The notes beneath the pieces were generated by a model. The model ran no database searches and was not told the DNA's origin. It saw only the letters and a program-made list of their open reading frames with translations. From a candidate division WOR-3 bacterium (GTDB lineage Bacteria; Hydrothermota; Tepidihabitantia; Tepidihabitantales; Tepidihabitantaceae), in NCBI GenBank assembly GCA_965649295.1, contig CBFGKH010000001.1, forward strand, positions 96,001 through 160,000: 64,000 nucleotides of DNA, in the 5' to 3' direction. The position numbers and the translations under genes were made by a program. Shown here piece after piece: positions 30,230-39,942 of the stretch; position 1 is the first letter of the stretch, and each line of letters opens with the position of its first letter.

Positions 30230-32653
30230 ATGAGAAGCTATCAACTGCTGTCTGTCCTCTGTTTTGGGCTTGTCACCATTCTCAGTGCTCAACCACCACC
30301 AGCCGGTACGATAACCGGCCGCGTATATGACGCCGACCTCAACGTCCCAATCGAATATGCCAACATCGTTGTCCGCTCCCAGCGCGACAGCACGCAGGTC
30401 ACTGGTGGCATCACCGATAAGGACGGCCGCTTTGAACTCACCGGTATTCGGCCCGGCCGCTTCTTTGTTGAAGTCTCATTCATTGGCTACCGCCAGTACA
30501 CCGTCAATGACGTTCAGCTCGGGCCGGGTGGCCGAATCGACCTCGGTCGCATCACGTTGCGCCAGACCGCCGTCGCTGTCGCCGGCGTTGAAGCTACTGC
30601 TGACCGGCCCCGCCTGACCTACCAGATAGACAAGAAGGTTGTTGATGTTGCCAATCAACCGACTCCGCCCACTGGCACCGCAGTTGACGTGCTCGAGAAC
30701 GTCCCCTCAGTCAAGGTTGATGATGACGGCAAGGTCACCTTGCGTGGCTCCGGCAACTTTCGTGTACTCATTGATGGCCGACCATCACCGCTTGAGGGCA
30801 GCGAGGCTCTCGAACAAATCCCGGCCAGCACCATTGATAACATCGAGATTATCACCAACCCGTCAGCCAAGTTCGACCCTGAGGGCCCAGCCGGCATAAT
30901 CAACGTTGTGCTCAAGAAACAGCGCCAGTCCGGCACCAGCGGCATTGTCAACCTTCGCGGCTCAACCGAAGGCAGCTACGGCGGCGACTTCCAACTCGGC
31001 TGGCGCGATGGCAATCTCAATCTCTTTGCCGGCGCCGACTTCAACCGCCGGGCTTTTCCTGGCCAGCGTCGCGCCGAAGCCTGGACTCGCGATACGTCCG
31101 GCGACACGACCTACGTCTATTCCACCGGCTCGATGCAGCGTGGCGGCTATCCGTTCGGCATCCGGGCCGGCGGCGACATTGGGCTTGGCCAGAACGATCG
31201 CATCAGCATCACCGGTAATCTCGGCCGGCGCTCTGGCGGCGGCGTCTCGACCTCGATCGACACCCAGATAGTTCGTCCGGCCGCCGACACCAGCATCTTC
31301 GCAACTGGCGACACTAACCGGCGGGGCGGCTGGTTCTGGTCGCTCAACGCTGACGAAAGCCACAACTTTGGCCGCCAGGGCCACGACCTCATCACCCGGC
31401 TTGAGTTCCGGCGCCGCGATATTGGCGAGTACTCAACCCAGTATCAGGAATCAACCGGAGTGATTACTAGCGGCCAGAAGACAACCGAAGACGGTCCGAG
31501 TAACCGGCTCAACATCACCGTTGATTACACACTGCCGCTGCGTGAAGCCGACCGCCTCGAGGCTGGCTGGAGCTCTGGACTGCAACGGAGTCGCGACTCT
31601 ACCACCAACTATCGCTACAACCCAGCCACCGACTCCTATGAGCTTGCGCCTGCCTACAGCCATCAAGTTATGAGTGCCGACGATGTCCACGCCATCTATG
31701 CTACCTACGCCGCCAGCTTCAAACCCTTCGGCATCAAGCTTGGTCTTCGCGGCGAGCGGTCGCTGCGCAACATTCGCGTAGTTGACCAAGACAGTACTGT
31801 TCGCGTTACAGCGATTGACCTGTTCCCGAGTCTCCACGCCTCATACTCATTTGGCGAACAACACGAAGTAATGGCCAGCTACACCCGCCGTATCAACCGG
31901 CCCGGCCCCTGGCAGCTGCAGCCACTGGCGGTCTGGTGGAATCCCCGGCTCATCCGTCAGGGCAATCCGGCGCTCTTGCCCGAATACATTGACGCTTTCG
32001 AACTGGGCTGGCAGGTGCCGCTGCCGATTGGCCGCCTGACAATCGAGGGCTACTATCGCCGCACCAGCAACGTCATTGACGAACTGACATCGGTCTATGC
32101 GCCCCAGGTCTTTCTGCGCCAACCGGCCAATGTCGGCAGTAGCCAAGCCACTGGTGCCGAGCTTGTAGCCTATGTGATGCTTAACCGGTGGCTTGGTCTA
32201 AACCTGACCGGTGACATCTCCAACTATCGTCTCGCTGGCACCGCCAATGGTCGCTCCTTCGACACAACCAGCCTCAACTGGCAGACCAATCTCGGCTTCG
32301 AAATCCGACCGCTGCCCGACATGCGAATCCAGCTTTTCGGCCGCTATTCCGGTCCCAGCGCCACTGCTCAGGGAACCCAAGATGGCTTCCTGATGACTGG
32401 TGCCTCAATTCGGCAACAACTGCTCCAACGCCGGCTCTCACTCACGCTCCAAGCCCAAGACCTCCTCGGCACATCCGGCCACGGCGGGACCGCTGGTGGC
32501 GATGGTTACGACTTCTACACCCGGTTCCGCTTTCAGCGCGCTCAGGCCCCGAGTTTCTCGCTTGGCCTCACCTGGAACTTCAATAACTACCGGCCTGAAC
32601 GGCGCCGCACCACAACCGAAGAAATCGACGAACCCGATGACCTAATGCGCTAG
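30230..32653 (+). CDS. TonB-dependent receptor / outer-membrane beta-barrel family protein
   Basis: Signal peptide from ATG 30230, carboxypeptidase-regulatory-like domain, plug IEIITNPSAKFD.EG..GIIN.VLK, GNP.L.PE barrel motifs. Confidence 0.85.
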   Translation: MRSYQLLSVLCFGLVTILSAQPPPAGTITGRVYDADLNVPIEYANIVVRSQRDSTQVTGGITDKDGRFELTGIRPGRFFVEVSFIGYRQYTVNDVQLGPGGRIDLGRITLRQTAVAVAGVEATADRPRLTYQIDKKVVDVANQPTPPTGTAVDVLENVPSVKVDDDGKVTLRGSGNFRVLIDGRPSPLEGSEALEQIPASTIDNIEIITNPSAKFDPEGPAGIINVVLKKQRQSGTSGIVNLRGSTEGSYGGDFQLGWRDGNLNLFAGADFNRRAFPGQRRAEAWTRDTSGDTTYVYSTGSMQRGGYPFGIRAGGDIGLGQNDRISITGNLGRRSGGGVSTSIDTQIVRPAADTSIFATGDTNRRGGWFWSLNADESHNFGRQGHDLITRLEFRRRDIGEYSTQYQESTGVITSGQKTTEDGPSNRLNITVDYTLPLREADRLEAGWSSGLQRSRDSTTNYRYNPATDSYELAPAYSHQVMSADDVHAIYATYAASFKPFGIKLGLRGERSLRNIRVVDQDSTVRVTAIDLFPSLHASYSFGEQHEVMASYTRRINRPGPWQLQPLAVWWNPRLIRQGNPALLPEYIDAFELGWQVPLPIGRLTIEGYYRRTSNVIDELTSVYAPQVFLRQPANVGSSQATGAELVAYVMLNRWLGLNLTGDISNYRLAGTANGRSFDTTSLNWQTNLGFEIRPLPDMRIQLFGRYSGPSATAQGTQDGFLMTGASIRQQLLQRRLSLTLQAQDLLGTSGHGGTAGGDGYDFYTRFRFQRAQAPSFSLGLTWNFNNYRPERRRTTTEEIDEPDDLMR

Positions 32654-32674
32654 CCACCGCTTCTGCTTGACTTC

Positions 32675-32700
32675 GCGTCCATTCCTGCTTGAATGGACGC
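32675..32700. promoter_or_regulatory. 10-bp inverted repeat upstream of the ODC-DHS operon (operator or terminator)
   Basis: GCGTCCATTC-ctgctt-GAATGGACGC, no U-tail; overlaps TTGACT-N16-TTGAAT. Confidence 0.5.
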
Positions 32701-32750
32701 TATCGTGTAATCGCCACCCGGCAGTCCGACAAGACCAAACGGAGTAACCA

Positions 32751-33881
32751 ATGGTATCGCGCACCTATCTGAGCCAGCTCCGCAAATCATTCCCTAAGCT
32801 GGCCCAAAAGCACGGCACACCGCTCTTTGTCATATCCCGTACCCTGCTGCTTGCCCAGGTCGCCCGCTTTCGCAAGCTGCTACCGCGGGTCGAGCCGTTC
32901 TATGCGGTCAAGGCCAATCCTAATCCAAACGTGCTCAAGCTGCTGGCCGGTGCTGGCCTTGGGTTTGATGTTGCCTCAGTGCCGGAAATCGAATGGGCGC
33001 TGGCAGCCGGCGCTACGCCGGACCGACTCATCTTCGCCAACACGATGAAGAGCGACGCCGCTATCGAGTTTGCTGCCAAGCAACGGGTCAACCTGATGAC
33101 GTTCGACTCCGAGTATGAGCTCCAGAAGATTGCCCGTCATGCACCCAAGGCCCGAGTGCTGGTGCGCATCAAGGTGCCCAATGTTGGCTCGATTGTTGAG
33201 CTCTCGCTCAAGTTTGGCGCTGAGCCGGCTGACGCGGTCCCGCTTTTACTCAAGGCCAAACGACTCGGTCTGCAACCGGTCGGCGTCTGTTTCCACGTCG
33301 GCTCCCAGTGCACCCATGGCTCCAATTACCTTGAAGCCTTCGAGTTGACCAAGATAATCGTCAACGACGCAGCCCGCAAGGGTCTGCCCATTGAACTGAT
33401 TGACATTGGTGGTGGTTTTCCCATTCGCCATTTTGACAGTGATGACGACTGGTTTGCTGCCATGGCCCCGGCCATGCGCATGGAGATGGACCGACTGTTT
33501 GAGCCGAATCTCCGCATCATCGCTGAGCCGGGCCGGGCCCTAGTCGGCCCCTCGTCATTCCTGCTGCTGAGCGTCATCGGCAAATCAATCCGTAACAACA
33601 AGCACTGGTACTTCCTCGACGACGGCGTCTATGGCGCGCTCTCTGGCACTATCTTTGACCACTGCAAGTACCAGTTCAATGTGCTCAAGCGCGGCCCCAC
33701 CCAGTTGAGCACCCTTGCCGGCCCGACCTGCGATTCGCTCGACATCATCTCCAGCGACGAGGAACTGCCCGAACTTGAACCCGGTGACCTGGTCTATGCC
33801 CAGAATATCGGTGCCTACTCTATTGCCCATGCCACGAGTTTCAACGGCATACCACCAGCCAAAGCAATTCTTGTTCCTTGA
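32751..33881 (+). CDS. Fold-type III PLP ornithine/lysine decarboxylase
   Basis: YAVKAN (PLP lysine), FDVAS, KFGA, FHVGSQ, DIGGGF, EPGR, GPTCDS.D, GAY. Confidence 0.9.
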   Translation: MVSRTYLSQLRKSFPKLAQKHGTPLFVISRTLLLAQVARFRKLLPRVEPFYAVKANPNPNVLKLLAGAGLGFDVASVPEIEWALAAGATPDRLIFANTMKSDAAIEFAAKQRVNLMTFDSEYELQKIARHAPKARVLVRIKVPNVGSIVELSLKFGAEPADAVPLLLKAKRLGLQPVGVCFHVGSQCTHGSNYLEAFELTKIIVNDAARKGLPIELIDIGGGFPIRHFDSDDDWFAAMAPAMRMEMDRLFEPNLRIIAEPGRALVGPSSFLLLSVIGKSIRNNKHWYFLDDGVYGALSGTIFDHCKYQFNVLKRGPTQLSTLAGPTCDSLDIISSDEELPELEPGDLVYAQNIGAYSIAHATSFNGIPPAKAILVP

Positions 33882-33890
33882 AGGAGCAAC

Positions 33891-35099
33891 ATGAGCAAAC
33901 GTCGTCTATCGAGTCAAGGCGCCGCCAGCAAGCCGGCGGTTTCTCCGCGCATGCGCCGTGACCTCTCTGAGGTTCCGGAGTGGCTGCGCGAACGCGAGTG
34001 TCCCCACAAGCAGCAATACCTGAGCGGCCAGCGCATCCTGCCCAAAGGCATCACCGGCAAGGAGAGCATTAGCCGGCTGATGGACGATGCCTTCCTTGCC
34101 TACAATGCTGCCCGGCTGCGTCAGGGCTGCCGGCTCTTCGTCGAGAAGATGCTCGCCCCGGACACAACCGTCGGCATGAGCCTGGCCGGTGCCCTTACCC
34201 CGGCTGGCCTCGGCTGCTCCTGCATCGTGCCGCTAATCAAGGCCGGCTTTGTTGACTGGATTGTCGCCACTGGCGCCAACATGTACCACGACCTCCACTT
34301 CGCCTTCAACCTGCCACTTCACGTCGGCTCCCACATTGTTGACGACACCGACCTGCGCCAGAACGACGTCGTCCGCATCTACGACATCTTCCTCGGCTAT
34401 ACCGACTGCTTGATGGAGACCGACAAGATACTGCGCACAATCCTGGTCCAGCCCGAGTTTCAGAAAGAGATGGGCACCGCCGAGTTCTACTATCTCCTCG
34501 GTCGCTACGCTGCCGAATGGGAACGTAAGAGCGGCAACCGTGACGTCTCGGTACTCGCTGCCGCCTACCGCTGCGGCGTTCCAATTCACACGAGCTCGCC
34601 AGGCGATTCTACCATCGGCATGAACATCGCCGGCCTCGAACTGAAGGGCTTGAAGCTCCGCATCAACCCTTCGATTGACGTCAATGAGACCACCTCCTAC
34701 GTGCTGGCTGCTAAACGCTCTGGTGGCAAACACGCGGTTGTACTGATTGGCGGCGGCAGCCCCAAGAACTTCATGCTCCAGACCGAACCCCAGATTCAGG
34801 AAGTCCTAATGATAAAGGAATACGGCCAGGACTATTTCTTCCAGGTTACTGATGCTCGGCCCGATACCGGCGGTCTGTCCGGTGCCACCCCACACGAAGC
34901 CGTAAGCTGGGGCAAGGTTGATCCAAACCAGCTGCCCGATGCCATTGTCTGCTACGCCGACTCAACTATCGTCCTACCGATTCTGACGCACTACGCCCTT
35001 GCCAATCACAAGAAGCGGAAGCTGCGCCGGCTCTACGACCAGCGGCCCAAACTGATGGAGAACCTTCGGCAGGAGTTCTTCGCCCACACTCACTTCTAG
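33891..35099 (+). CDS. Deoxyhypusine synthase-like protein (probable homospermidine synthase, SpeY-like)
   Basis: [39 protein letters not shown] (catalytic Lys), DST..LP. Confidence 0.88.
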   Translation: MSKRRLSSQGAASKPAVSPRMRRDLSEVPEWLRERECPHKQQYLSGQRILPKGITGKESISRLMDDAFLAYNAARLRQGCRLFVEKMLAPDTTVGMSLAGALTPAGLGCSCIVPLIKAGFVDWIVATGANMYHDLHFAFNLPLHVGSHIVDDTDLRQNDVVRIYDIFLGYTDCLMETDKILRTILVQPEFQKEMGTAEFYYLLGRYAAEWERKSGNRDVSVLAAAYRCGVPIHTSSPGDSTIGMNIAGLELKGLKLRINPSIDVNETTSYVLAAKRSGGKHAVVLIGGGSPKNFMLQTEPQIQEVLMIKEYGQDYFFQVTDARPDTGGLSGATPHEAVSWGKVDPNQLPDAIVCYADSTIVLPILTHYALANHKKRKLRRLYDQRPKLMENLRQEFFAHTHF

Positions 35100-35130
35100 C
35101 CGACACTTATCCATTTCCGATTACCGACTT

Positions 35131-35152
35131 GCGGGCCGGTCACCCGGCCCGC
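35131..35152. terminator. Hairpin between the convergent DHS and gate-protein genes
   Basis: GCGGGCCGG-tcac-CCGGCCCGC. Confidence 0.55.
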
Positions 35153-35187
35153 CTCATTTCTAGCTACGGATGCTGCTCGGCTGCGGT

Positions 35188-36192
35188 CTATCCCTGCTTA
35201 CCGGCTGGGTTCTGACGGTCAGCCTCTACTGGCACCGGCTCTTTCAGCACTTTGCTCAATACCCAAGTAACAATTGCGGCCAGCACCAGCCGCGGCACGA
35301 TTATCCAGAACAACCGAACAAGCTTGTCGTGGAGAGTGTCAGTGCCAATGACCATGAATATCGCGGTGTCCTCGAACAACCCGTGACAGAGAGCGAGGAA
35401 CGTGGCGACGAGGGTCACCTGCTTTGAGTCGAGTTGTCCTTCGCGCACACTTTCAGTGATAACTCCAGCTCCAAAGACAATGCCGAACACATTACCCGCG
35501 AGCCACGGCATTCCGGCTTCCTTCTTCAGGCCAAAGAAACGAGTGACGCGGCTGATTGCCCGCAGGATGCGCTCAAGCCAGTCGTAGCGCCGCGCCCACT
35601 CCAGCACCACAAAGATGGCCACCAGCACCAGCAACATCTTCAGACCGGTATCAAACAAGCCACGTGCCCAGCCACTCAGGGCCGGGCCCAGCCCAGAGAA
35701 ACGCAACTGGGCCATCGCCGCCAGGCGGGCTGCATCGGCTGAGCCCAGCACGTCAGTGCGCACGAGTATCCGAGAAAGACCGATGCCAGCAGCAAACGAA
35801 ACAGCAAGTCGAATTGCCCAAAGCAGCCACCACTTGGCCCTAATTTGAAAGAAAACCGCAGTCTCAAGTATCTGGGAATGCGATAGCAGCAGCATCAGAC
35901 TGAGCACGGTCAGTTGCGAGCTGTTGATATGAAGGGCAGTGATTGCACCAAGCCCGGCATAAAGGTTGATGACGTTGCCGAGAATCATCGCCAGTGCTGC
36001 CTCACCAGGCAGACCAAAATACTTCATGAACGGGGCCATGAACTGGGCAAAGACGCGAATCACCGGCGTGTACTTGAGGAACGTGACCAGCGTATAGACC
36101 GGCCCGACGATCAGCATCAGCTTCAGAAATGCCCTTGTTCCGTGCCAAGCACCGTCCCGAGTAGCCTTGGCAAACGAACCGGTGACCGCCAT
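35188..36192 (-). CDS. Nucleoside-recognition (gate) domain membrane protein, two repeats
   Basis: PFMKYFGLPGEAA, LSHS..LET, LCHGLFEDT; multiple TM helices. Confidence 0.75.
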   Translation of the reverse strand: MAVTGSFAKATRDGAWHGTRAFLKLMLIVGPVYTLVTFLKYTPVIRVFAQFMAPFMKYFGLPGEAALAMILGNVINLYAGLGAITALHINSSQLTVLSLMLLLSHSQILETAVFFQIRAKWWLLWAIRLAVSFAAGIGLSRILVRTDVLGSADAARLAAMAQLRFSGLGPALSGWARGLFDTGLKMLLVLVAIFVVLEWARRYDWLERILRAISRVTRFFGLKKEAGMPWLAGNVFGIVFGAGVITESVREGQLDSKQVTLVATFLALCHGLFEDTAIFMVIGTDTLHDKLVRLFWIIVPRLVLAAIVTWVLSKVLKEPVPVEADRQNPAGKQG

Positions 36193-36893
36193 CAGCCGTC
36201 GAACTCCATTAATTGGAACTGGCCGTCGCAGAGCAGGCCATAGCTCGAATGGACTATCCAATCACCGGTGTTTAGGTAAATGCCATTGCCGAGCCGACGC
36301 AACAGAGGTGCATGCGAGTGTCCAAGTACGACCGCATCAAAGCCGGCCGCCAGCTTGGTCTCGGCGAACACAGTCATTGCCTGGAGCAGATAAGGTTTGG
36401 CCGTCAGTTGCCGACTTCGCTCGGCCACTCGCTGGGCCAGACCAATCCCCAGGTCAGGATGAAGCAGCGAGTAGAGAAACCCGTTCACCGGGTTACGCAC
36501 TAGCCGGCGAAAGAAACGAGGAACAAGACCCTTGTCCAGGGCGTCGCCATGAGCAAGGTAAAGCCGCTTGCCGTCGAGCGTGATATCAAGCTCGTCCTCA
36601 GCCCGGGCCCCGAACTCGCGCCAGAGAAAGTCCTTGAACCAGAAATCGTGGTTACCTTTGAGGTAACCAATCGTCGTCCCTGATCGGTGCAGCTCATCGA
36701 GCAACGACAGCGCCCGGAATCCGACCTTGGGTATTGCTCGACCATACTCAATCCAGAACTCGAAGAGGTCGCCAAGAATGTAGAGCGAGTCAGCCCGACC
36801 GCAAAGTGAGTCGAGGAACCGAAAGAGCTTCTGCTCCGTGTTGCCGGTTCCGGCGCCAAGGTGAGCGTCAGATATGAAGTAGTGCTTGCTCAA
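36192..36893 (-). CDS. lpxH: UDP-2,3-diacylglucosamine hydrolase-like metallophosphoesterase
   Basis: FISDAHLG, LGDLFEFW, GNHDFW, AHGD, GHSH, NTGDW; start uncertain. Confidence 0.75.
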   Translation of the reverse strand: MSKHYFISDAHLGAGTGNTEQKLFRFLDSLCGRADSLYILGDLFEFWIEYGRAIPKVGFRALSLLDELHRSGTTIGYLKGNHDFWFKDFLWREFGARAEDELDITLDGKRLYLAHGDALDKGLVPRFFRRLVRNPVNGFLYSLLHPDLGIGLAQRVAERSRQLTAKPYLLQAMTVFAETKLAAGFDAVVLGHSHAPLLRRLGNGIYLNTGDWIVHSSYGLLCDGQFQLMEFDG

Positions 36894-38442
36894 TCTTGGC
36901 CAGTGAGACGGACAACGGTTGGGTTGTGTCAATCCGAACCAGATGGCGGCTGGGCCGAGGTGGCCGGAACCGACTCTTCATCGCCCGATAGACCTCCAGG
37001 TTGGCGTCGGAGAACGAATGCTCGATTGAGCGGTGGCGAAGCCGAGAGCGAACGATGCGCTCCGGACAGTCGGCGAGCACAAAGAGGTAGGGCACCTTGT
37101 GTCGTTTGGCCAGCTCGACCGCCCGCCGCCGCGAGTCGGGATGGAGAAATGTCGCATCCATTATCGTGCTGTGCCCGGCGGCAAGATAGACTCCTGCCCG
37201 CCGCATCATCTCATCGTAGGTCTTCTTGCCGATGTTCCCCTTGTAGATGCCCTGGTTATAGCCCTGGAACCGCTTTGACTCAATCGGTATGCCGAGCAGT
37301 TGCTTGCGCACCGAGTCAGAAAGGACATGGAACGCGCCAATCCGGTCAGCCAGCTTGCGCGCCACATAGGTCTTACCCACACCTGGCAGGCCCATCATCA
37401 CCACCAGCCGGGGCTGGGCAAAAAGGGCCTGGGCATAGCGATGGGAAAGCTCGAAGTAACGTCGCGCGGTCTTGCGTGCCTGCTCCTTCTGATCAGCCGA
37501 TATCCCCGGATCGTTGAGGTTGAAACTAGTCACCTTGCCCCGGACATAAGCCCGGTAGCACTTGTAGAAGTCAAGCAACCGCAGCAGGCCGGTATCCTTA
37601 GTATAGACGAGATAGCGCTCGACAAAGTAGCTGGCCAGGTCCTTGCGGCCGGCATATTCAAGGTCCATCACCATGAAGGCAATCTCTGCCGCCACATCCG
37701 AACAGGAGAAACGGGGATTGAACTCAATACAATCGAAGATGTACACTCGGTCGTCAACAAAGATGTTCTTAGAATGGAGGTCACCGTGGCAGCGCCGGAC
37801 AAATCCTGCCTCGCGCCGCCGCCGGAAGAACCCACGGTGCTCGCTGACGAACCGATCAACTGCCCGCTTAATCTCATCGAACTGACGATAGGTAATTGTC
37901 TTGCCGCGAAACTCCAGTGTCTGGGCAAAGTTCTCATCCCAGTTGAGTTTGATAATCTCCGAACTGCCGTATTGTGCAACCTGCGGGCCGCGCTCGGCCC
38001 GGGAATGGAACTCGGCAATCGAACGGGCAATCTGGTCAATGTGCTCATAGCGCACCCGGCCGCGGGCCAGTTGCTCGGTCATAATCCATTCCTGCGGCAG
38101 CTCCTTCATCGCCAGACAATAGTCAATCACTCGGCCCGAACCACCCAGCCGCACCTGTCCGCGCCTGACCACCAGTGGCAATACCGCCAGGTAGATATCG
38201 GGTGAGAGCGTCTGATTGAGCCGGAACTCCTCGTGGCAGAAGAACTGCCGCGCGGCCAGCGTCGTATAGTCAAGAAAACCGAAGTTGACCGGCTTCTTGA
38301 CCTTGTAGGCGTGAGTGCCAGTAAGGAAAACCCACGAGGTGTGAGTCTGAATCAGCCTGACCTTAGCTCCGGGCTCGTTCCAGACCCGACCGACCAACAG
38401 TTCGTTTACACGGCCCTGGATTGTCGGCTCGGGCCGGCTCAT
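36868..38442 (-). CDS. Bifunctional aminoglycoside-phosphotransferase-like / AAA_33 kinase protein
   Basis: THTSWVFL, KKPVNFGFLDY, CHGDLH..NI, FDCIEFN; GLPGVGKT, SD.VRK, DATF. Confidence 0.85.
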   Translation of the reverse strand: MSRPEPTIQGRVNELLVGRVWNEPGAKVRLIQTHTSWVFLTGTHAYKVKKPVNFGFLDYTTLAARQFFCHEEFRLNQTLSPDIYLAVLPLVVRRGQVRLGGSGRVIDYCLAMKELPQEWIMTEQLARGRVRYEHIDQIARSIAEFHSRAERGPQVAQYGSSEIIKLNWDENFAQTLEFRGKTITYRQFDEIKRAVDRFVSEHRGFFRRRREAGFVRRCHGDLHSKNIFVDDRVYIFDCIEFNPRFSCSDVAAEIAFMVMDLEYAGRKDLASYFVERYLVYTKDTGLLRLLDFYKCYRAYVRGKVTSFNLNDPGISADQKEQARKTARRYFELSHRYAQALFAQPRLVVMMGLPGVGKTYVARKLADRIGAFHVLSDSVRKQLLGIPIESKRFQGYNQGIYKGNIGKKTYDEMMRRAGVYLAAGHSTIMDATFLHPDSRRRAVELAKRHKVPYLFVLADCPERIVRSRLRHRSIEHSFSDANLEVYRAMKSRFRPPRPSRHLVRIDTTQPLSVSLAKIEQALLHI

Positions 38443-38447
38443 CTTCG

Positions 38448-38990
38448 CTACCGCTTGGCCAACGCCTGTTCGGCAATCTCCCAGCCGCGCCGCAGAGCCT
38501 GGTGGTTCACTTCCAGCGTCTTCGGCGGCACCCGGCTGGCCACTGCCCGTTCCAGCGACTGTAGCCTGACAACATTCGTCACTCGGGCAAGCGCTCCCAG
38601 CATGACGATATTCGTGAAAAGCTCGCGCCCGAGTTCACGCCGCGCCGTCTCCGCCATCGGCAGACAGATGGCATTCTCACGTGGACATTCGCGGACGTAG
38701 AAACTGTCGGTGATGGCAGTGCCGCGCAGCTTGAGGTCCTCGATGTAACGGTCAACCGCCTGCTGACTCAGTAGCACCAGCACATCGAGCTTGCGGCACT
38801 TGGGAAAGAGAATCGGCTCATCGGCGATGATAACATCAGCCTTCGACGCGCCACCCCGCGCCTCCGGCCCGTAGCTCTGAGTCTGAACAACCTGCCGACC
38901 CTCGTGGACGCCAGCGGCCTCGGCCAGAATCACGCTCGCTAAAATCACACCCTGCCCACCAGTCCCAGCCAGCCTGATTTCGACCTTCAT
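38448..38990 (-). CDS. korC: 2-oxoacid:ferredoxin oxidoreductase gamma subunit
   Basis: IRLAGTGGQG, SYGPEARGG, NIVMLG. Confidence 0.9.
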   Translation of the reverse strand: MKVEIRLAGTGGQGVILASVILAEAAGVHEGRQVVQTQSYGPEARGGASKADVIIADEPILFPKCRKLDVLVLLSQQAVDRYIEDLKLRGTAITDSFYVRECPRENAICLPMAETARRELGRELFTNIVMLGALARVTNVVRLQSLERAVASRVPPKTLEVNHQALRRGWEIAEQALAKR

Positions 38991-39051
38991 TGTTGTTTCG
39001 CCGCCGCGACTCGGCGCTTCGTCTTCGGTACTCTCGCCACTGGCTTTATCC

Positions 39052-39939
39052 TCATTCCTTGCCCTGGGCCTTCCGGCGCACCTGCTCGTACAACTGAGTA
39101 TAGGGCGGCACCTCTTCCCGGTCGTGGAGCACGCCGATGACAAACTTGTCCTGCACCTGCCACGGGTCAGCAACCTTGCTCACATCAACACTTCGGTCCC
39201 GAATCCACTCCAACATCTTCACCGCGTCGCCCAGCCCCTGATGCCGCCCATACAAAGTCGGGCACTGCGAAATAATCTCGACGACGCTGAAGCCGCGCTT
39301 GCCAATCGCCAGTTTGGCCATCTTCTTCAGATGCGCGACATGGAAGGTTGTACTGCGGGCAACAAACATCGCCCCTGTTGCCCGCGCCATAAAGCAGGTA
39401 TCAAAGTCACGTTCGACATTGCCGAACGGCGCAGTAGCCGCCTTCTCGTTTGTCGGCGTCGTCGGCGAATACTGGCCACCGGTCATCCCGTAAGTGAAAT
39501 TGTTCAGCACGAACACGGTCAGGTCGAGATTGCGCCGGGCCGAGTGGATAAAGTGGTTACCGCCAATCGCCAGCATGTCGCCATCACCGCCGAATACGAC
39601 CACCTTCAGCTCTGGCTTGGCCAACTTTACCCCGGTCGCTGCAGGCAAGGCCCGGCCATGCAGGGTGTGGAAAGTGTCGCAGTCAAGATAGCCAGAAATC
39701 CGCGACGAGCAGCCAATACCCGAGACAACGCAGAGCTCGTCCTGGCTGATTCCGAGTTCAATGAACGCCCGCACCACCGTGTTCATTGCCGTGCCGATGC
39801 CACAGCCCGGGCAGAGGATATGCGGCAGGCGCTCATCTACCCGAAAATAGCGCAGCAGGTCGAGCGCTTCGCCACACTCGCTACCCAGTCCCTCGATACC
39901 GTATCCGTCGTTCGCCATGTGCCCTTCTGAGCCCGTCAT
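39052..39939 (-). CDS. korB: 2-oxoacid:ferredoxin oxidoreductase beta subunit
   Basis: CPGCG, SGIGCS, HGRA, GDGD...IGGNH, YGMTGGQ.SPT. Confidence 0.92.
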   Translation of the reverse strand: MTGSEGHMANDGYGIEGLGSECGEALDLLRYFRVDERLPHILCPGCGIGTAMNTVVRAFIELGISQDELCVVSGIGCSSRISGYLDCDTFHTLHGRALPAATGVKLAKPELKVVVFGGDGDMLAIGGNHFIHSARRNLDLTVFVLNNFTYGMTGGQYSPTTPTNEKAATAPFGNVERDFDTCFMARATGAMFVARSTTFHVAHLKKMAKLAIGKRGFSVVEIISQCPTLYGRHQGLGDAVKMLEWIRDRSVDVSKVADPWQVQDKFVIGVLHDREEVPPYTQLYEQVRRKAQGKE

Positions 39940-39942
39940 CCT

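Noticed and set aside
33891..35099. DHS-like enzyme hypusinating the EF-P in this window
   Set aside because: This EF-P has no lysine in the loop; polyamine synthesis is more parsimonious
37300..38205. Long antisense ORFs (also 28252-29010, 39124-39930, 22233-22931, 41529-42233)
   Set aside because: Opposite well-supported genes; expected in high-GC DNA; no motifs
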